Assembly: GCA_963848635.1 (NCBI GenBank)
Contig: CAWKEA010000005.1
Coordinates: forward strand, 175,341-239,340
DNA length: 64,000 bases
Direction: 5' to 3'
Source of the DNA: an uncultured bacterium
Lineage (GTDB): Bacteria > Patescibacteriota > Minisyncoccia > Phycocordibacterales > PALSA-1337
In this document: positions 1-8,952 of the stretch, in pieces
Numbering within the stretch: position 1 is the stretch's first letter
Layout: each line of letters begins with the position of its first letter
Position numbers and translations under genes: made by a program
Notes under the pieces: model-generated
What the model was told of the DNA's origin: nothing
Seen by the model: the letters and a program-made list of their open reading frames with translations, nothing else
The model's database searches: none

Positions 1-354
1 AAAAGGGACAACTGCGCAGGAGCCGTCTTATTCTTGGCATCTATGTCCTTTAAAAATTGAAAATATACCAAAGGCTTTTCATCAGTGGTTCTAGCCAATT
101 CTTCATAATCATTCAATGCCCTCAGGAGCTCCTGTACGTCATTGAGATATTTCTTCTTTGGAGTGTCATATGTCTTTGCAAAGGAATCGAACTTTTTTTC
201 GATCGATCTGATGTCAGATTCCATCCTGCTGTCATTTTCAGAAGCGTATAAAAGACCGAGGTTCCATTGGTGTTTATTTAGTTTTTTCATTATTATATAA
301 AGCAAGATAGCACAACCAAATCGCGAAGGATAGGCTTCCGCATGCGGGTCTGCC

Positions 355-948
355 TCACGCGAACTTCTTCAAAACCTCGAAGTCTTTTTGCAAAGTATCT
401 CGCATTCCGCCGTTGTAGAGTGCGGCGGCTGGATGGTAGAGGGTGACGATCGACAGCGGACCATAGGGCGCCTTCGTCTCGAATACTTTTCCGTGGATCT
501 TTGAGATCGGTTCGAGCTCGAGATCGAGGCCGAATTTTTTCATGACATACTTCATGCTGTATCGGCCGAGAGTGGCGATGACCTTCGGCTGGATTATCTC
601 TATCTGCCGATCGAGGAACGGCCCATAGAGGTCGATCTCGCCCTGCGTCGGGTCGCGATTCTCCGGCGGACGATCCTTGACGATATTGGTGATGTAGACC
701 TTGTCGCGCGTGAGGCCGATCGATCCGATCAAGAAAGTCAAGAACTTCCCTGCCGCGCCGCAAAACGGCTTGCCCGTCAGCGCTTCGTTCTTGCCCGGCG
801 CCTCGCCGACGAACATGATATGCGCATCGTGGCTTCCTTCGCCTATGACGGGAAAATATTCATTCTGCGTCCGATACTCAAAAAGCGGCGACTCCTCGAA
901 AGCAAAGAGCTCGTCGCGGACCTTTTTCATCTCTTCGAATTTCGACAT
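355..948 (-). CDS. Uracil-DNA glycosylase, family 4
   Basis: Translation carries 'MFVGEAPGKNE' (the GEAPG motif) and the C-terminal 'HPAAALYN' typical of family-4 UDG. 197 aa. Confidence 0.85.
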   Translation of the reverse strand: MSKFEEMKKVRDELFAFEESPLFEYRTQNEYFPVIGEGSHDAHIMFVGEAPGKNEALTGKPFCGAAGKFLTFLIGSIGLTRDKVYITNIVKDRPPENRDPTQGEIDLYGPFLDRQIEIIQPKVIATLGRYSMKYVMKKFGLDLELEPISKIHGKVFETKAPYGPLSIVTLYHPAAALYNGGMRDTLQKDFEVLKKFA

Positions 949-1026
949 GATGCTATTTTAACATGGAAATCGGCTCGGAAACGCGCTTCAAAAAAAGGCA
1001 CCAATGATGGCCTGCGCCCGCTCATT

Positions 1027-1113
1027 CGAGATTTGATCTTGATTTTTGAGATCCGATCTTGTTATTCTGAGATCCGATCTTGATTTGTTCGTACAAGATC
1101 CGATCTCGTTTTA
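1027..1113. repeat. Array of four ~22-bp units each containing AGATCCGATCT (two GATC sites) in the udg/comEC divergent promoter
   Basis: Direct reading: gagatttgatcttga / gagatccgatcttgt / gagatccgatcttga / caagatccgatctcgt. The same 20-mer (19/20 identical) occurs twice inside holB at 11229-11270. Confidence 0.75.
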
Positions 1114-1118
1114 AAAAA

Positions 1119-1165
1119 ACTTTAGAATTATTTTAACTTTTCTTAATGGGCTTTTTGTATACTGC
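1119..1165 (+). promoter_or_regulatory. Conserved promoter module, copy 1 (cTTTAGAATTATTTTAACTTTTCTTAATg..tttttgTATACT) 7 nt upstream of the comEC ATG
   Basis: Near-identical module at 4251-4294 (reverse), 18796-18837, 44334-44378 (reverse) and 58891-58949. Ends in a TATACT/TATAAT -10-like hexamer. Confidence 0.6.
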
Positions 1166-1171
1166 ACGGAT

Positions 1172-3463
1172 ATGCCGATCGACAAGATATTCTATTCTGC
1201 ATGCCTCGGCTTTTCGGCCGGCGTTTTGTGGCGCTCCTTGGCGCGTCTCGACCTTATAGACGTCATATGCATCGGCTCGATATATCTTCTGCTTGTCTTT
1301 CTTTTCTCGATCATTTTAAAGAAAGACTGGGACATCCTTATATCGGTTTTCACGATCGCCCTTGTCCTTGGAATAGCGAGATTCCAGATAGCAGATATAC
1401 AGCCGCCAGCTATCTTTGAAGACCAAGTGAATAAAACCGTTTCTTTTTCTGCCATGATCGTTGACGAACCGGCGAGAAATGCGAGCCAGACGAAATTGAT
1501 CCTCGAGACGAATGGCTCTCTCGAGTCGGCTACAAAAATCACTGGCGATACAAAAGACGTCCCCGACGCTCACACTGAAATAGGCCAAGCAAAAACTGCC
1601 GATATGCGCATTAAAACAAATACAAAGACTGAAAAAGATCCGCTCCGAGTCGGCATCGTCGTCTTTTCAAAAGGAAACGGCGGATTCCATTACGGCGACC
1701 TTGTCAAAGTGACTGGCAAATTAGAAAAGCCCGCTGATTTCATGACAGACCAGGACATGGAATTCGACTACGTGGACTATCTGCGCAAAGACGGGATCTT
1801 TTACACCATTCATAATCCTGATATCAAGATCCTTTCATCCGGTCACGGCAACCCTATCAAGCGCTGGCTCTTCTCGTGGCGGGAAAGATTCGATACAGCC
1901 ATTGATACGGCGATACCCTCGCCCGAATCAACAGTGATCGGTGGCATCATCATCGGCGAACGCTATGCCTTCAGCGAACAATTGCGCCAGATATTCATGG
2001 ATACGGGCACCATCCACATCGTCACTATCGGCGGCTATCATGTCACTCTCGTGGCTGAATGGATCATGAAGATATTCTCGTTCCTACCGAGATTCGCAGG
2101 CTGGGGAGCCGGCATCGTCAGCATATTCCTCTATGTCATCGTCACGGGCGGAGCAGAGACATCAATCCGCGCAGGGATCATGGCGGCTCTCGCCATTTTT
2201 GCCACTGCGACCGGACGCACATACGCTTCCGGCCGAGCGCTCGTCCTCGCCGCGATCGTCATGATATGCATAAATCCGTTCGTCCTCGTCTACGACATAT
2301 CGTTTGATCTGTCGTTCATGGCCACGATCGCCATCATATTCCTTTCGCCGCGTCTCGAGCCGTATCTCGAATGGATCCCATGGAAATGGCTGCGCGGAAT
2401 CGTCACTGTCACCGTTTCGATGTATGCTTTCGCGTTGCCCTTCGTGCTCTATCGCATCGGCAATCTCTCGCTCGTATCACTGCCCGCGAACATGGCTATC
2501 GTGCCCCTCATGCCCGCGACTATGATCGCCGGATTCATCACCGGTTTCGCGGGGCTGATATCGCCCATGCTTGCTGTCATTCCCGGCAAGATCGCTTACA
2601 CGCTCCTCTACTATCAGATCGGCGCCGTGGCTCTCCTTGCAAGATTGCCGTTCGCCGCAGTCGCCATCCAGAATTTTTCACTGCCGATCGTCATCGCCAT
2701 TTACGCGTGCTTCGGTTGTATCTTTTTAAAGGGAGACAGTAAGGCAAGAAAAGCCGCAGGCGCGGCTCTCGGGCCGCAAAGCCTGACGGCCAAGCGTCTT
2801 TCGAAGCTCAATGTTCTCATGCTTTCGATCCCCCTCATCATCACTTTTTCAGCCGCAGGTTTTCTGTATTACAGCCATTACCGGTCAGACCAAGCTTCCT
2901 TGAAAGCCATTCAAAAGCTTCTTTACGAAACAACGACTGCTGACCCTTCGGAAGTATTTTCTTCCACATCGACGGCTCATGTCTTTATGCCGAATCCAAG
3001 AACTGCTTCAAGCGATTGCAAAATAAATGGTGTTTACCCCGACCACACGTGCACACCCGGCGCCGTATTCACCGACGCGACAACAGAGGATGTCTGCGTC
3101 AAAGGCTATACAGCGACCGTCAGAAACGTGTCGGAAAAGACAAAGAAACAGGTATTCGAAGAATACGGCATAGCCTATCCGCAACCGGCTGGCGCGTACG
3201 AGGTCGACCATTTCATTCCCCTGGCTCTTGGCGGGGCGAACGATATCGCCAATCTTTTCCCAGAGGCGGCCGCACCGACGCCGGGATTTCACGAAAAAGA
3301 CGTCGTCGAAGTCTTCTTGCAAGAAGAAGTGTGCTCCGGCCACGCCGCGCTTGCCGCCGCTCAACGGCAAATCTCCACCGATTGGCTGGCAGTCTATGAG
3401 AATATCCCGTTCGAAGACATTCAAAAGATCAAGAATAAGTATGGCGGGAGCGCGGTTCAATAA
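1172..3463 (+). CDS. comEC: ComEC/Rec2 DNA-internalisation channel with a C-terminal HNH-like nuclease domain (no metallo-beta-lactamase domain)
   Basis: 763 aa. N-terminal OB/DUF4131-like region, then a polytopic competence domain. The C-terminal ~150 aa carry 'YEVDHFIPLALGGANDIANLFP' (HNH D-H...N...N signature) where the usual MBL domain would be. Confidence 0.8.
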   Translation: MPIDKIFYSACLGFSAGVLWRSLARLDLIDVICIGSIYLLLVFLFSIILKKDWDILISVFTIALVLGIARFQIADIQPPAIFEDQVNKTVSFSAMIVDEPARNASQTKLILETNGSLESATKITGDTKDVPDAHTEIGQAKTADMRIKTNTKTEKDPLRVGIVVFSKGNGGFHYGDLVKVTGKLEKPADFMTDQDMEFDYVDYLRKDGIFYTIHNPDIKILSSGHGNPIKRWLFSWRERFDTAIDTAIPSPESTVIGGIIIGERYAFSEQLRQIFMDTGTIHIVTIGGYHVTLVAEWIMKIFSFLPRFAGWGAGIVSIFLYVIVTGGAETSIRAGIMAALAIFATATGRTYASGRALVLAAIVMICINPFVLVYDISFDLSFMATIAIIFLSPRLEPYLEWIPWKWLRGIVTVTVSMYAFALPFVLYRIGNLSLVSLPANMAIVPLMPATMIAGFITGFAGLISPMLAVIPGKIAYTLLYYQIGAVALLARLPFAAVAIQNFSLPIVIAIYACFGCIFLKGDSKARKAAGAALGPQSLTAKRLSKLNVLMLSIPLIITFSAAGFLYYSHYRSDQASLKAIQKLLYETTTADPSEVFSSTSTAHVFMPNPRTASSDCKINGVYPDHTCTPGAVFTDATTEDVCVKGYTATVRNVSEKTKKQVFEEYGIAYPQPAGAYEVDHFIPLALGGANDIANLFPEAAAPTPGFHEKDVVEVFLQEEVCSGHAALAAAQRQISTDWLAVYENIPFEDIQKIKNKYGGSAVQ

Positions 3464-3480
3464 TAGAAGTCGGACCCCGA

Positions 3481-3503
3481 GTGTCAAGATGACATCTTGA
3501 CAC
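3481..3503. repeat. REP-like palindrome GTGTCAAGATGACATCTTGACAC (copy 1)
   Basis: Perfect 10-bp inverted arms in the comEC/LTD convergent gap. Same core as seven other loci. Confidence 0.8.
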
Positions 3504-3519
3504 GAAATTTAGATATATC

Positions 3520-4206
3520 TCACTTCGTTTTTTTTAACTTTTTTGAAAAAAACGGTGCGACAAAAGCCGCGCCATTCTCCGCTTTCGGAGTGCCCCCAAT
3601 AGCCGACGAAGTATGCCAGCCGAGCGTCTTTGGATCGCGCTCCATCGTCCTCTTGGTCGCGTCATCGCCCGCAGGCCATCTTGAGCTGGCAACAACCTGA
3701 TCGATCAAGGAACAATACCTGTCAAAGAGCCGGAAGCTGTCGCCGGCATTTTTGATTATGCCGACGAAAAAATTGTCCGCTTTGATGCTCGGCAAAAAAT
3801 CCATTCCGCCTCGTTCCAAAAGATAGAGCCCTCCCGCCGCGACCTTTGCCCCGCTCCGGAAGACGACTTTTATCTTGCCGCTCGCATTCGCGAGCTCCCA
3901 GCCGCCGATCGAAACAGTGCTCGAGGAGACGTTCTTGAGCTCGATCCACTCGTGATTCGAGCTCGTCGCATCGCCCATCCAGGCGATCTCGTTCATGATG
4001 ACAGGAACATGCTCCGGGATCTCTGTCGTGTCGAAAGCGCAGTTCGTGATCGGAGCCGTCGAAGCACTGCTTACGCCCGTCGATGAAGACGCTTGACCGA
4101 CGCTATCCACCAGATTTTTGACGCTGTTATTCCTTGAAAAATAAAAAGCCATCCCGGCAATAGCTAGTACTGTTATACAGGTGAGGATCGGGTGTTCGCT
4201 GAACAT
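3520..4206 (-). CDS. Lamin-tail-domain (LTD) protein with N-terminal membrane anchor
   Basis: 'NEIAWMGDATSSNHEWIELKN' is the LTD signature. N-terminal TM helix. 228 aa. Confidence 0.7.
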   Translation of the reverse strand: MFSEHPILTCITVLAIAGMAFYFSRNNSVKNLVDSVGQASSSTGVSSASTAPITNCAFDTTEIPEHVPVIMNEIAWMGDATSSNHEWIELKNVSSSTVSIGGWELANASGKIKVVFRSGAKVAAGGLYLLERGGMDFLPSIKADNFFVGIIKNAGDSFRLFDRYCSLIDQVVASSRWPAGDDATKRTMERDPKTLGWHTSSAIGGTPKAENGAAFVAPFFSKKLKKTK

Positions 4207-4250
4207 GAAAGTTATACGGCTTTATCTCCATCGATATCATCTACACGCGC

Positions 4251-4294
4251 AGTATACGAAAAATTCATTAAGAAAAGTTAAAATAATTCTAAAG
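4251..4294 (-). promoter_or_regulatory. Conserved promoter module, copy 2 (reverse orientation), upstream of the LTD gene
   Basis: Reverse complement reads ctttagaattattttaacttttcttaatgaatttttcgTATACTgcgcg, near-identical to copy 1 including the TATACT. Confidence 0.6.
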
Positions 4295-4316
4295 AAACCC
4301 TAAAATGACACATTAC

Positions 4317-4380
4317 ATAGGTCCGCATAGGTCGGACCTTGGTACATTGATATATAGGTCGCTATATAGGTCGGGCCTAT
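4317..4380. repeat. Cluster of four ATAGGTCG(G/C) motifs (two direct, one inverted pair)
   Basis: ataggtccgcataggtcggacc ... tatataggtcgctatataggtcgggcctat. Lies between the 4-gene operon end and the LTD promoter. Confidence 0.6.
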
Positions 4381-4433
4381 GTAAACTAAGAAAAAACCGC
4401 CCCGTTTTTAATGAGGTGGCCTATGATCGTCGG

Positions 4434-4946
4434 TTATTTCGTCGTGACAGAGAAATCGAGAGCTCGAACAGAAAGCTCCTGCGGCAAATAGCGTTTCTCG
4501 ATGCCCCAGCGGTCGCAGTTGCCATGCTCCCATCGCGCGCCAAACGATGATTCCCAACCATGGATGAAGTGAAGCGCACTGACTTTGCCGGAAAGGAATA
4601 CCTTCTCGTAAAAGTCATTCAGGATCGGCGTGCAATATTCTTCCGCCGGATTCTGTCTGTGCCATTCGAGGTAGAGCTCGACCATCTTATCCTCGAAAGG
4701 CATCTGGCTGAAGATATTCCGATGCGATTCGCCGATGAGGATCTCGATGACGCCTTCGAAGACTTTCCGATTGCCCTGAATAGTGCCGACGCCGCCAGTC
4801 GAGATCGGTCCAGACACCATTTCGGCTTTTCCAGGCGTACGGCGAAGGATATCGAGAGCGATCGCCGCCAAATCGACGAACGACTTCGCGTCCTTGAGAG
4901 CATCGTGATCCCGAGGGTTCCAATGTCTGTAATGTTCAATGTTCAT
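4434..4946 (-). CDS. Hypothetical protein, possibly SLOG / nucleoside 2-deoxyribosyltransferase-like (DUF4406-like)
   Basis: 170 aa. 'MVSGPISTGG' resembles the glycine-rich strand-1 loop of NDT-like / DUF4406 proteins. Assignment from memory of the family motif only. Confidence 0.45.
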   Translation of the reverse strand: MNIEHYRHWNPRDHDALKDAKSFVDLAAIALDILRRTPGKAEMVSGPISTGGVGTIQGNRKVFEGVIEILIGESHRNIFSQMPFEDKMVELYLEWHRQNPAEEYCTPILNDFYEKVFLSGKVSALHFIHGWESSFGARWEHGNCDRWGIEKRYLPQELSVRALDFSVTTK

Positions 4947-4993
4947 ATTGTCGAAAATCTACTCCACATACAGCTAAAATGCAAATCTAAAAA

Positions 4994-5362
4994 TCATTTT
5001 CCGGATCTGTGTTTTTTCTTGATATCCTTGTATTTTTTTGAGATATCACTTCCGCTGATAGCGCTTGGGGGATATTTCTTTGCGGCCGCCGAGAGCTTGT
5101 CATGAACGATCTCTCGGATATCGACGTTGAGGACGAGCGCCATCGCGATCGCATAGACGAAGACATCCGCCAATTCCTTGACGATCTCTTTCTTTATCCG
5201 TGGATCCTTTACGACCTCTTCGCCGAAGAAATTCTCCCACTGGAAATGTTCCAGCAATTCGGCGGCTTCGATGACGATCGATTTCGCCAAGTCCGCAGGA
5301 GGCTGATCGGACCAACCCCGCTCTGCCATGAATCTTTTGACTTCTTCTCTGGAGTTTTCCAT
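4994..5362 (-). CDS. MazG-like nucleotide pyrophosphohydrolase
   Basis: 122 aa all-alpha protein. 'EAAELLEHFQWE...ELADVFVYAIAMA' matches the MazG/HisE EExxE..D core. Confidence 0.7.
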   Translation of the reverse strand: MENSREEVKRFMAERGWSDQPPADLAKSIVIEAAELLEHFQWENFFGEEVVKDPRIKKEIVKELADVFVYAIAMALVLNVDIREIVHDKLSAAAKKYPPSAISGSDISKKYKDIKKKHRSGK

Positions 5363-5392
5363 GACGTTTTTTATGAGGGATATGCTAGCATT

Positions 5393-5767
5393 TCAGCTCT
5401 TAAAAAGATACTTGTTCATTATATATCCATTCTTGTCTTTCTTTTGTTCAAGGAGGATGCCTCCCGCTGATTCGATGACTTTTTTTGAAGGAAAATTAAG
5501 ATCGTCGCAGACGACTGTTATCCTAGCGATGCCAAGATCATGCGCTTGCGTGATCGTATCATTGAATAGTTTTGTTCCAAAGCCTTTGTGCTGAAAATCC
5601 GGATAGATTTCATAATAGATATGGCTCTCAAAACCTTCCGGCATTTCATCGCTTTTTTGCGCAGTGAGCCTTATTTGAGAATAACCGACCGGAATGTCGT
5701 CATCATTGAACAATCTATATACTAACGTATTCCCTTTATTGAGCTTTTCTTTAAATGCAAACCTCAT
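5393..5767 (-). CDS. GNAT family N-acetyltransferase
   Basis: 124 aa from an internal ATG (MRFAFKEK...). 'IYPDFQHKGFGTKLF' is the acetyl-CoA-binding motif A. The upstream part of the listed ORF is antisense to the next gene. Confidence 0.7.
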   Translation of the reverse strand: MRFAFKEKLNKGNTLVYRLFNDDDIPVGYSQIRLTAQKSDEMPEGFESHIYYEIYPDFQHKGFGTKLFNDTITQAHDLGIARITVVCDDLNFPSKKVIESAGGILLEQKKDKNGYIMNKYLFKS

Positions 5768-5769
5768 GG

Positions 5770-6612
5770 CTATATCTTGCACATCAACCGGGCCTCGTTG
5801 AGGATCTTGTCTGCCTTGACGCCTTTGACGCCAGCGTCTTCGAGATATCCGGGATATTTGACGAGATCGCGGCACAGGACGATGCCATTTTGGAAGAGGT
5901 TGCGGCGGATTTCGCCGTCGACGGAAGCGAGAATAGTGAAAGGATAGAGCGAAAGCTCCTCGATGATCTGGTGCAAATTGCCTGAATGCGGATAATTCCA
6001 GCCGATCAAGGGGAGTCCCGCGCATTGGGCGTACTTGATGGCTTCGGAAGTGAATTTGGTATTGGTGATGAGCCAGCCTTTCGAGAGCATGCGCTCGCGG
6101 CCGCCAAAGGTGAATTTACGGCTCGCGAGATCCTCGAAGCGCGCTTTGACGTACAGGGCGACTTTCAGATCGGACTTCAGGCCGAATTCATTGTGGAATT
6201 TAGCTTCGACCATATCGAGCTTGTCGTCTTTCCAGGCGACGACATCAATCTCGTGCTGGACGCAGTGGCCTTCGACGATGACATCTGTCGTCGTCTCGTA
6301 CCCCCAGGCCTTGAAGATTTCGGCCACGAATTTTTCGAACGGATAGCCGTTCGGTCCGAGCTCGGCCAAAGCGCGGCGCATGGAATACCGTGCGGCGGCA
6401 TGGTGCAGATTCGACGAGCGGAGGTAATCAAATGCTCGGGCATAGATGAGAGCCGTCGACATGCCGTCTTTTATTTCGCTCTCCACTCTGTCGACGATCT
6501 CCTCGATGGCTTCTTTCGATCCGCCGGCGGCTCGAAGCGATTCAATGAGCTTGTTCTCCTCGAAAAGCTCTTTTTCGCCGTTCGATTTTGTGACATTGAT
6601 GAGGCGATTCAT
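5770..6612 (-). CDS. ATP-cone domain fused to Mrr-like restriction endonuclease domain
   Basis: The N-terminal 'INVTKSNGEKELFEENKLIESLRAAG' is an ATP-cone. The C-terminal 'GHCVQHEIDVVAWKDDKLDMVEAKF' fits a PD-(D/E)xK Mrr_cat core. Confidence 0.65.
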   Translation of the reverse strand: MNRLINVTKSNGEKELFEENKLIESLRAAGGSKEAIEEIVDRVESEIKDGMSTALIYARAFDYLRSSNLHHAAARYSMRRALAELGPNGYPFEKFVAEIFKAWGYETTTDVIVEGHCVQHEIDVVAWKDDKLDMVEAKFHNEFGLKSDLKVALYVKARFEDLASRKFTFGGRERMLSKGWLITNTKFTSEAIKYAQCAGLPLIGWNYPHSGNLHQIIEELSLYPFTILASVDGEIRRNLFQNGIVLCRDLVKYPGYLEDAGVKGVKADKILNEARLMCKI

Positions 6613-6744
6613 TGGGAATATTGTAGCATGTCGCCCAAGAAAAAACCTTAGATAACTTGAAAAGAAAAACGTATATTTTATGTAAATAATTTCGCTTCTG
6701 TGTCCTTATCCCCACATTGTTCACTTTTCCGATTGCTTTTTCCC

Positions 6745-6772
6745 CTTGACCTATTTCGAGGCATGCTACAAT
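6745..6772 (+). promoter_or_regulatory. Putative sigma70-type promoter for dnaB (TTGACC-N15-tgcTACAAT), ATG at or near +1
   Basis: Read directly. Extended -10 TGnTACAAT. The ATG at 6779 follows 6 nt later. Confidence 0.35.
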
Positions 6773-6778
6773 CAGTGC

Positions 6779-8194
6779 ATGGCAGAGACGACAAAATCTC
6801 CTTACTACAAGACATCCGACCTGCGCATACCGCCGCAGTCGCTCGAGGCGGAGCGCGCTCTCCTCGGCTCGGTGATGATGCGGCCCGAAGTCATCCACGA
6901 GATCATCGATGTCGTCTCAGACAGGACCTTCTATTCGGATCGTCATCGCCTGATCTGGCTCTCTATGCTCGAGCTCCACCAAAAAGCCACGCCGATCGAC
7001 CTGCTCTCGCTCTCCTCGAGGCTCAAGGAAAAAGAACTGATCGAAACGGTCGGCGGCATGACCTATCTGACCGAATTGGTCCAAAGCGTGCCGTCATCGG
7101 CCAACGCGAAATATTACGCGGAGATAATCCAGAAGAAACAGCTCATGCGCGACCTCATCAGCGCCTCCGAATACATCGGCAATCTCGGCTTCGATCAGGA
7201 TGGAGACCTCGAAGAGACATTGGATAAGGCGGAAAAGAGGATATTTGACGTGACCAATTTTGCCGGCAGTCAGCACAAGTTCATCGCTCTGAAAGACACC
7301 CTCGTCGAAGCATGGGAGCGCCTCGAAAAGCTCCACGAGACTCGCGGCGAATTGCGCGGCATACCGACCGGCTACAAGGAGCTCGACAACAAATTAGCCG
7401 GCTTCCAAAAGTCAGACCTTATCATCCTCGCCGCCCGGCCATCCATGGGAAAAACGTCGCTCGCGCTCGACATCGCCCGCAAGGCGGCCGTCCTCCACAA
7501 TGTATCCGTCGGCATATTCTCCCTGGAAATGAGCTCGCAACAGCTCGTCGACCGCATGCTCGCGGCAGAAGCATCAGTCGACGCCTGGAAATTGCGCACC
7601 GGCCATAACTTGTCCATCGAGCACGATTTCAAGGCGATTCGCGACGCCATGGACCGCCTCTCAAAAGCGCCGATCTATATCGACGACCAGGCGGCCAACA
7701 ATATTCTAAAGATGCGCGCCGTCGCTCGCCGGCTCAAGAGCGAGAAAGGCCTCGGCCTTATCGTCGTGGACTACTTGCAATTGATGGTGCCGACGAATGC
7801 GCGCCACAACGACAACATGGTTCAGCAGGTCACTGAGATTTCGCGCTCGCTCAAACAGCTGGCGCGCGAATTGGAAGTGCCCGTCCTTGCCCTATCACAG
7901 CTGTCTCGCGCCGTCGAACAGCGCGGCGAAGGCGGCCGTCCGAAACTATCCGACTTGCGCGATTCCGGTTCCATCGAGCAGGACGCCGACGTGGTCATGT
8001 TCATCCATCGCGAGGACAAATACAACAAAGACTCGGGCAAGCCGAATATCGCCAATATCATCATCGAAAAGCACCGCAACGGCCCGACAGGCACGGTCGA
8101 ATTGTACTTTGACGAGAAGAAAACTACATTCCTTTCCATCGAAAAGGCCGATTTTGGAGATTTTGACAAAGGCGGGAACGATCAGCCATTTTAA
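6779..8194 (+). CDS. dnaB: Replicative DNA helicase DnaB
   Basis: N-terminal 'ERALLGSVMM' followed by Walker A 'ARPSMGKTSLAL' and the RecA-like core. 471 aa. Confidence 0.9.
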   Translation: MAETTKSPYYKTSDLRIPPQSLEAERALLGSVMMRPEVIHEIIDVVSDRTFYSDRHRLIWLSMLELHQKATPIDLLSLSSRLKEKELIETVGGMTYLTELVQSVPSSANAKYYAEIIQKKQLMRDLISASEYIGNLGFDQDGDLEETLDKAEKRIFDVTNFAGSQHKFIALKDTLVEAWERLEKLHETRGELRGIPTGYKELDNKLAGFQKSDLIILAARPSMGKTSLALDIARKAAVLHNVSVGIFSLEMSSQQLVDRMLAAEASVDAWKLRTGHNLSIEHDFKAIRDAMDRLSKAPIYIDDQAANNILKMRAVARRLKSEKGLGLIVVDYLQLMVPTNARHNDNMVQQVTEISRSLKQLARELEVPVLALSQLSRAVEQRGEGGRPKLSDLRDSGSIEQDADVVMFIHREDKYNKDSGKPNIANIIIEKHRNGPTGTVELYFDEKKTTFLSIEKADFGDFDKGGNDQPF

Positions 8195-8247
8195 TAATGT
8201 AAAATTAAAAAATCAAAAGGTAAAATGACATATTAAAATTTAAAAAT

Positions 8248-8556
8248 ATGAAACTATACAAAAATTGGAGTCTTTGGTACTGGATAATCATTTTTGCTTA
8301 TTGGTTTTTTTATCAAATTCCACTATCCAACACTTTTACTCCTAGTACACTAGGAGTTCCAAATTCAGCAGATTTTGTACTCTACGCAATTTCTGATATT
8401 ATCCCCGCTTTCTATATTTGGTTTATCATAAAAATAATTCTCAGTATTTTAAAGAAGATAAAAACTCAACAAAATAAAGTCAATTATTCTATTCTTTTAG
8501 TTTGTGTTATTCTCTCTAGTGTTCTTATTGCATGGTATGTGTTTAAGTTATTTTAA
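8248..8556 (+). CDS. Hypothetical small membrane protein (cassette cargo)
   Basis: 102 aa, three predicted TM helices, very AT-rich codon usage. Confidence 0.45.
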   Translation: MKLYKNWSLWYWIIIFAYWFFYQIPLSNTFTPSTLGVPNSADFVLYAISDIIPAFYIWFIIKIILSILKKIKTQQNKVNYSILLVCVILSSVLIAWYVFKLF

Positions 8557-8577
8557 GTGTGACATAAGAACATCAAA

Positions 8578-8952
8578 ATGGAAAATGACAGAGAAAAATT
8601 CAAAAATGAATTCAAGAAAAGGTTGTATGCTTGGGTGTTACGACTTGTAAAATTCATTGATTCATTAAAGAAAGATTCAACTTCGTTAGTTATTGGCAAA
8701 CAGTTATTACGAAGCGGAACAAGCATTCTTGCCAACTATATCGAAGCACATTCTGCAAGCTCAAAAAGAGATTTCGGTAACTTTTTCAATCATTCACTTA
8801 AATCTGCAAATGAATCAAAGGTCTGGCTTGCAATAATTCGTGATACTGACAAAGGTAACCAGAGAGAAGTATCGTGGCTCTTGAAAGAGTTGACTGAAAT
8901 ATCAAATATCTTTGCTTCAAGTCTATTAACACTTCGAGGTAAAAAGAAATGA
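8578..8952 (+). CDS. Four-helix-bundle protein (TIGR02436-like; 23S rRNA intervening-sequence protein family)
   Basis: 'LVIGKQLLRSGTSILANYIEAHSASSKRDFGNFFNHSLKSANESKVWL' matches the family signature. Confidence 0.7.
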   Translation: MENDREKFKNEFKKRLYAWVLRLVKFIDSLKKDSTSLVIGKQLLRSGTSILANYIEAHSASSKRDFGNFFNHSLKSANESKVWLAIIRDTDKGNQREVSWLLKELTEISNIFASSLLTLRGKKK

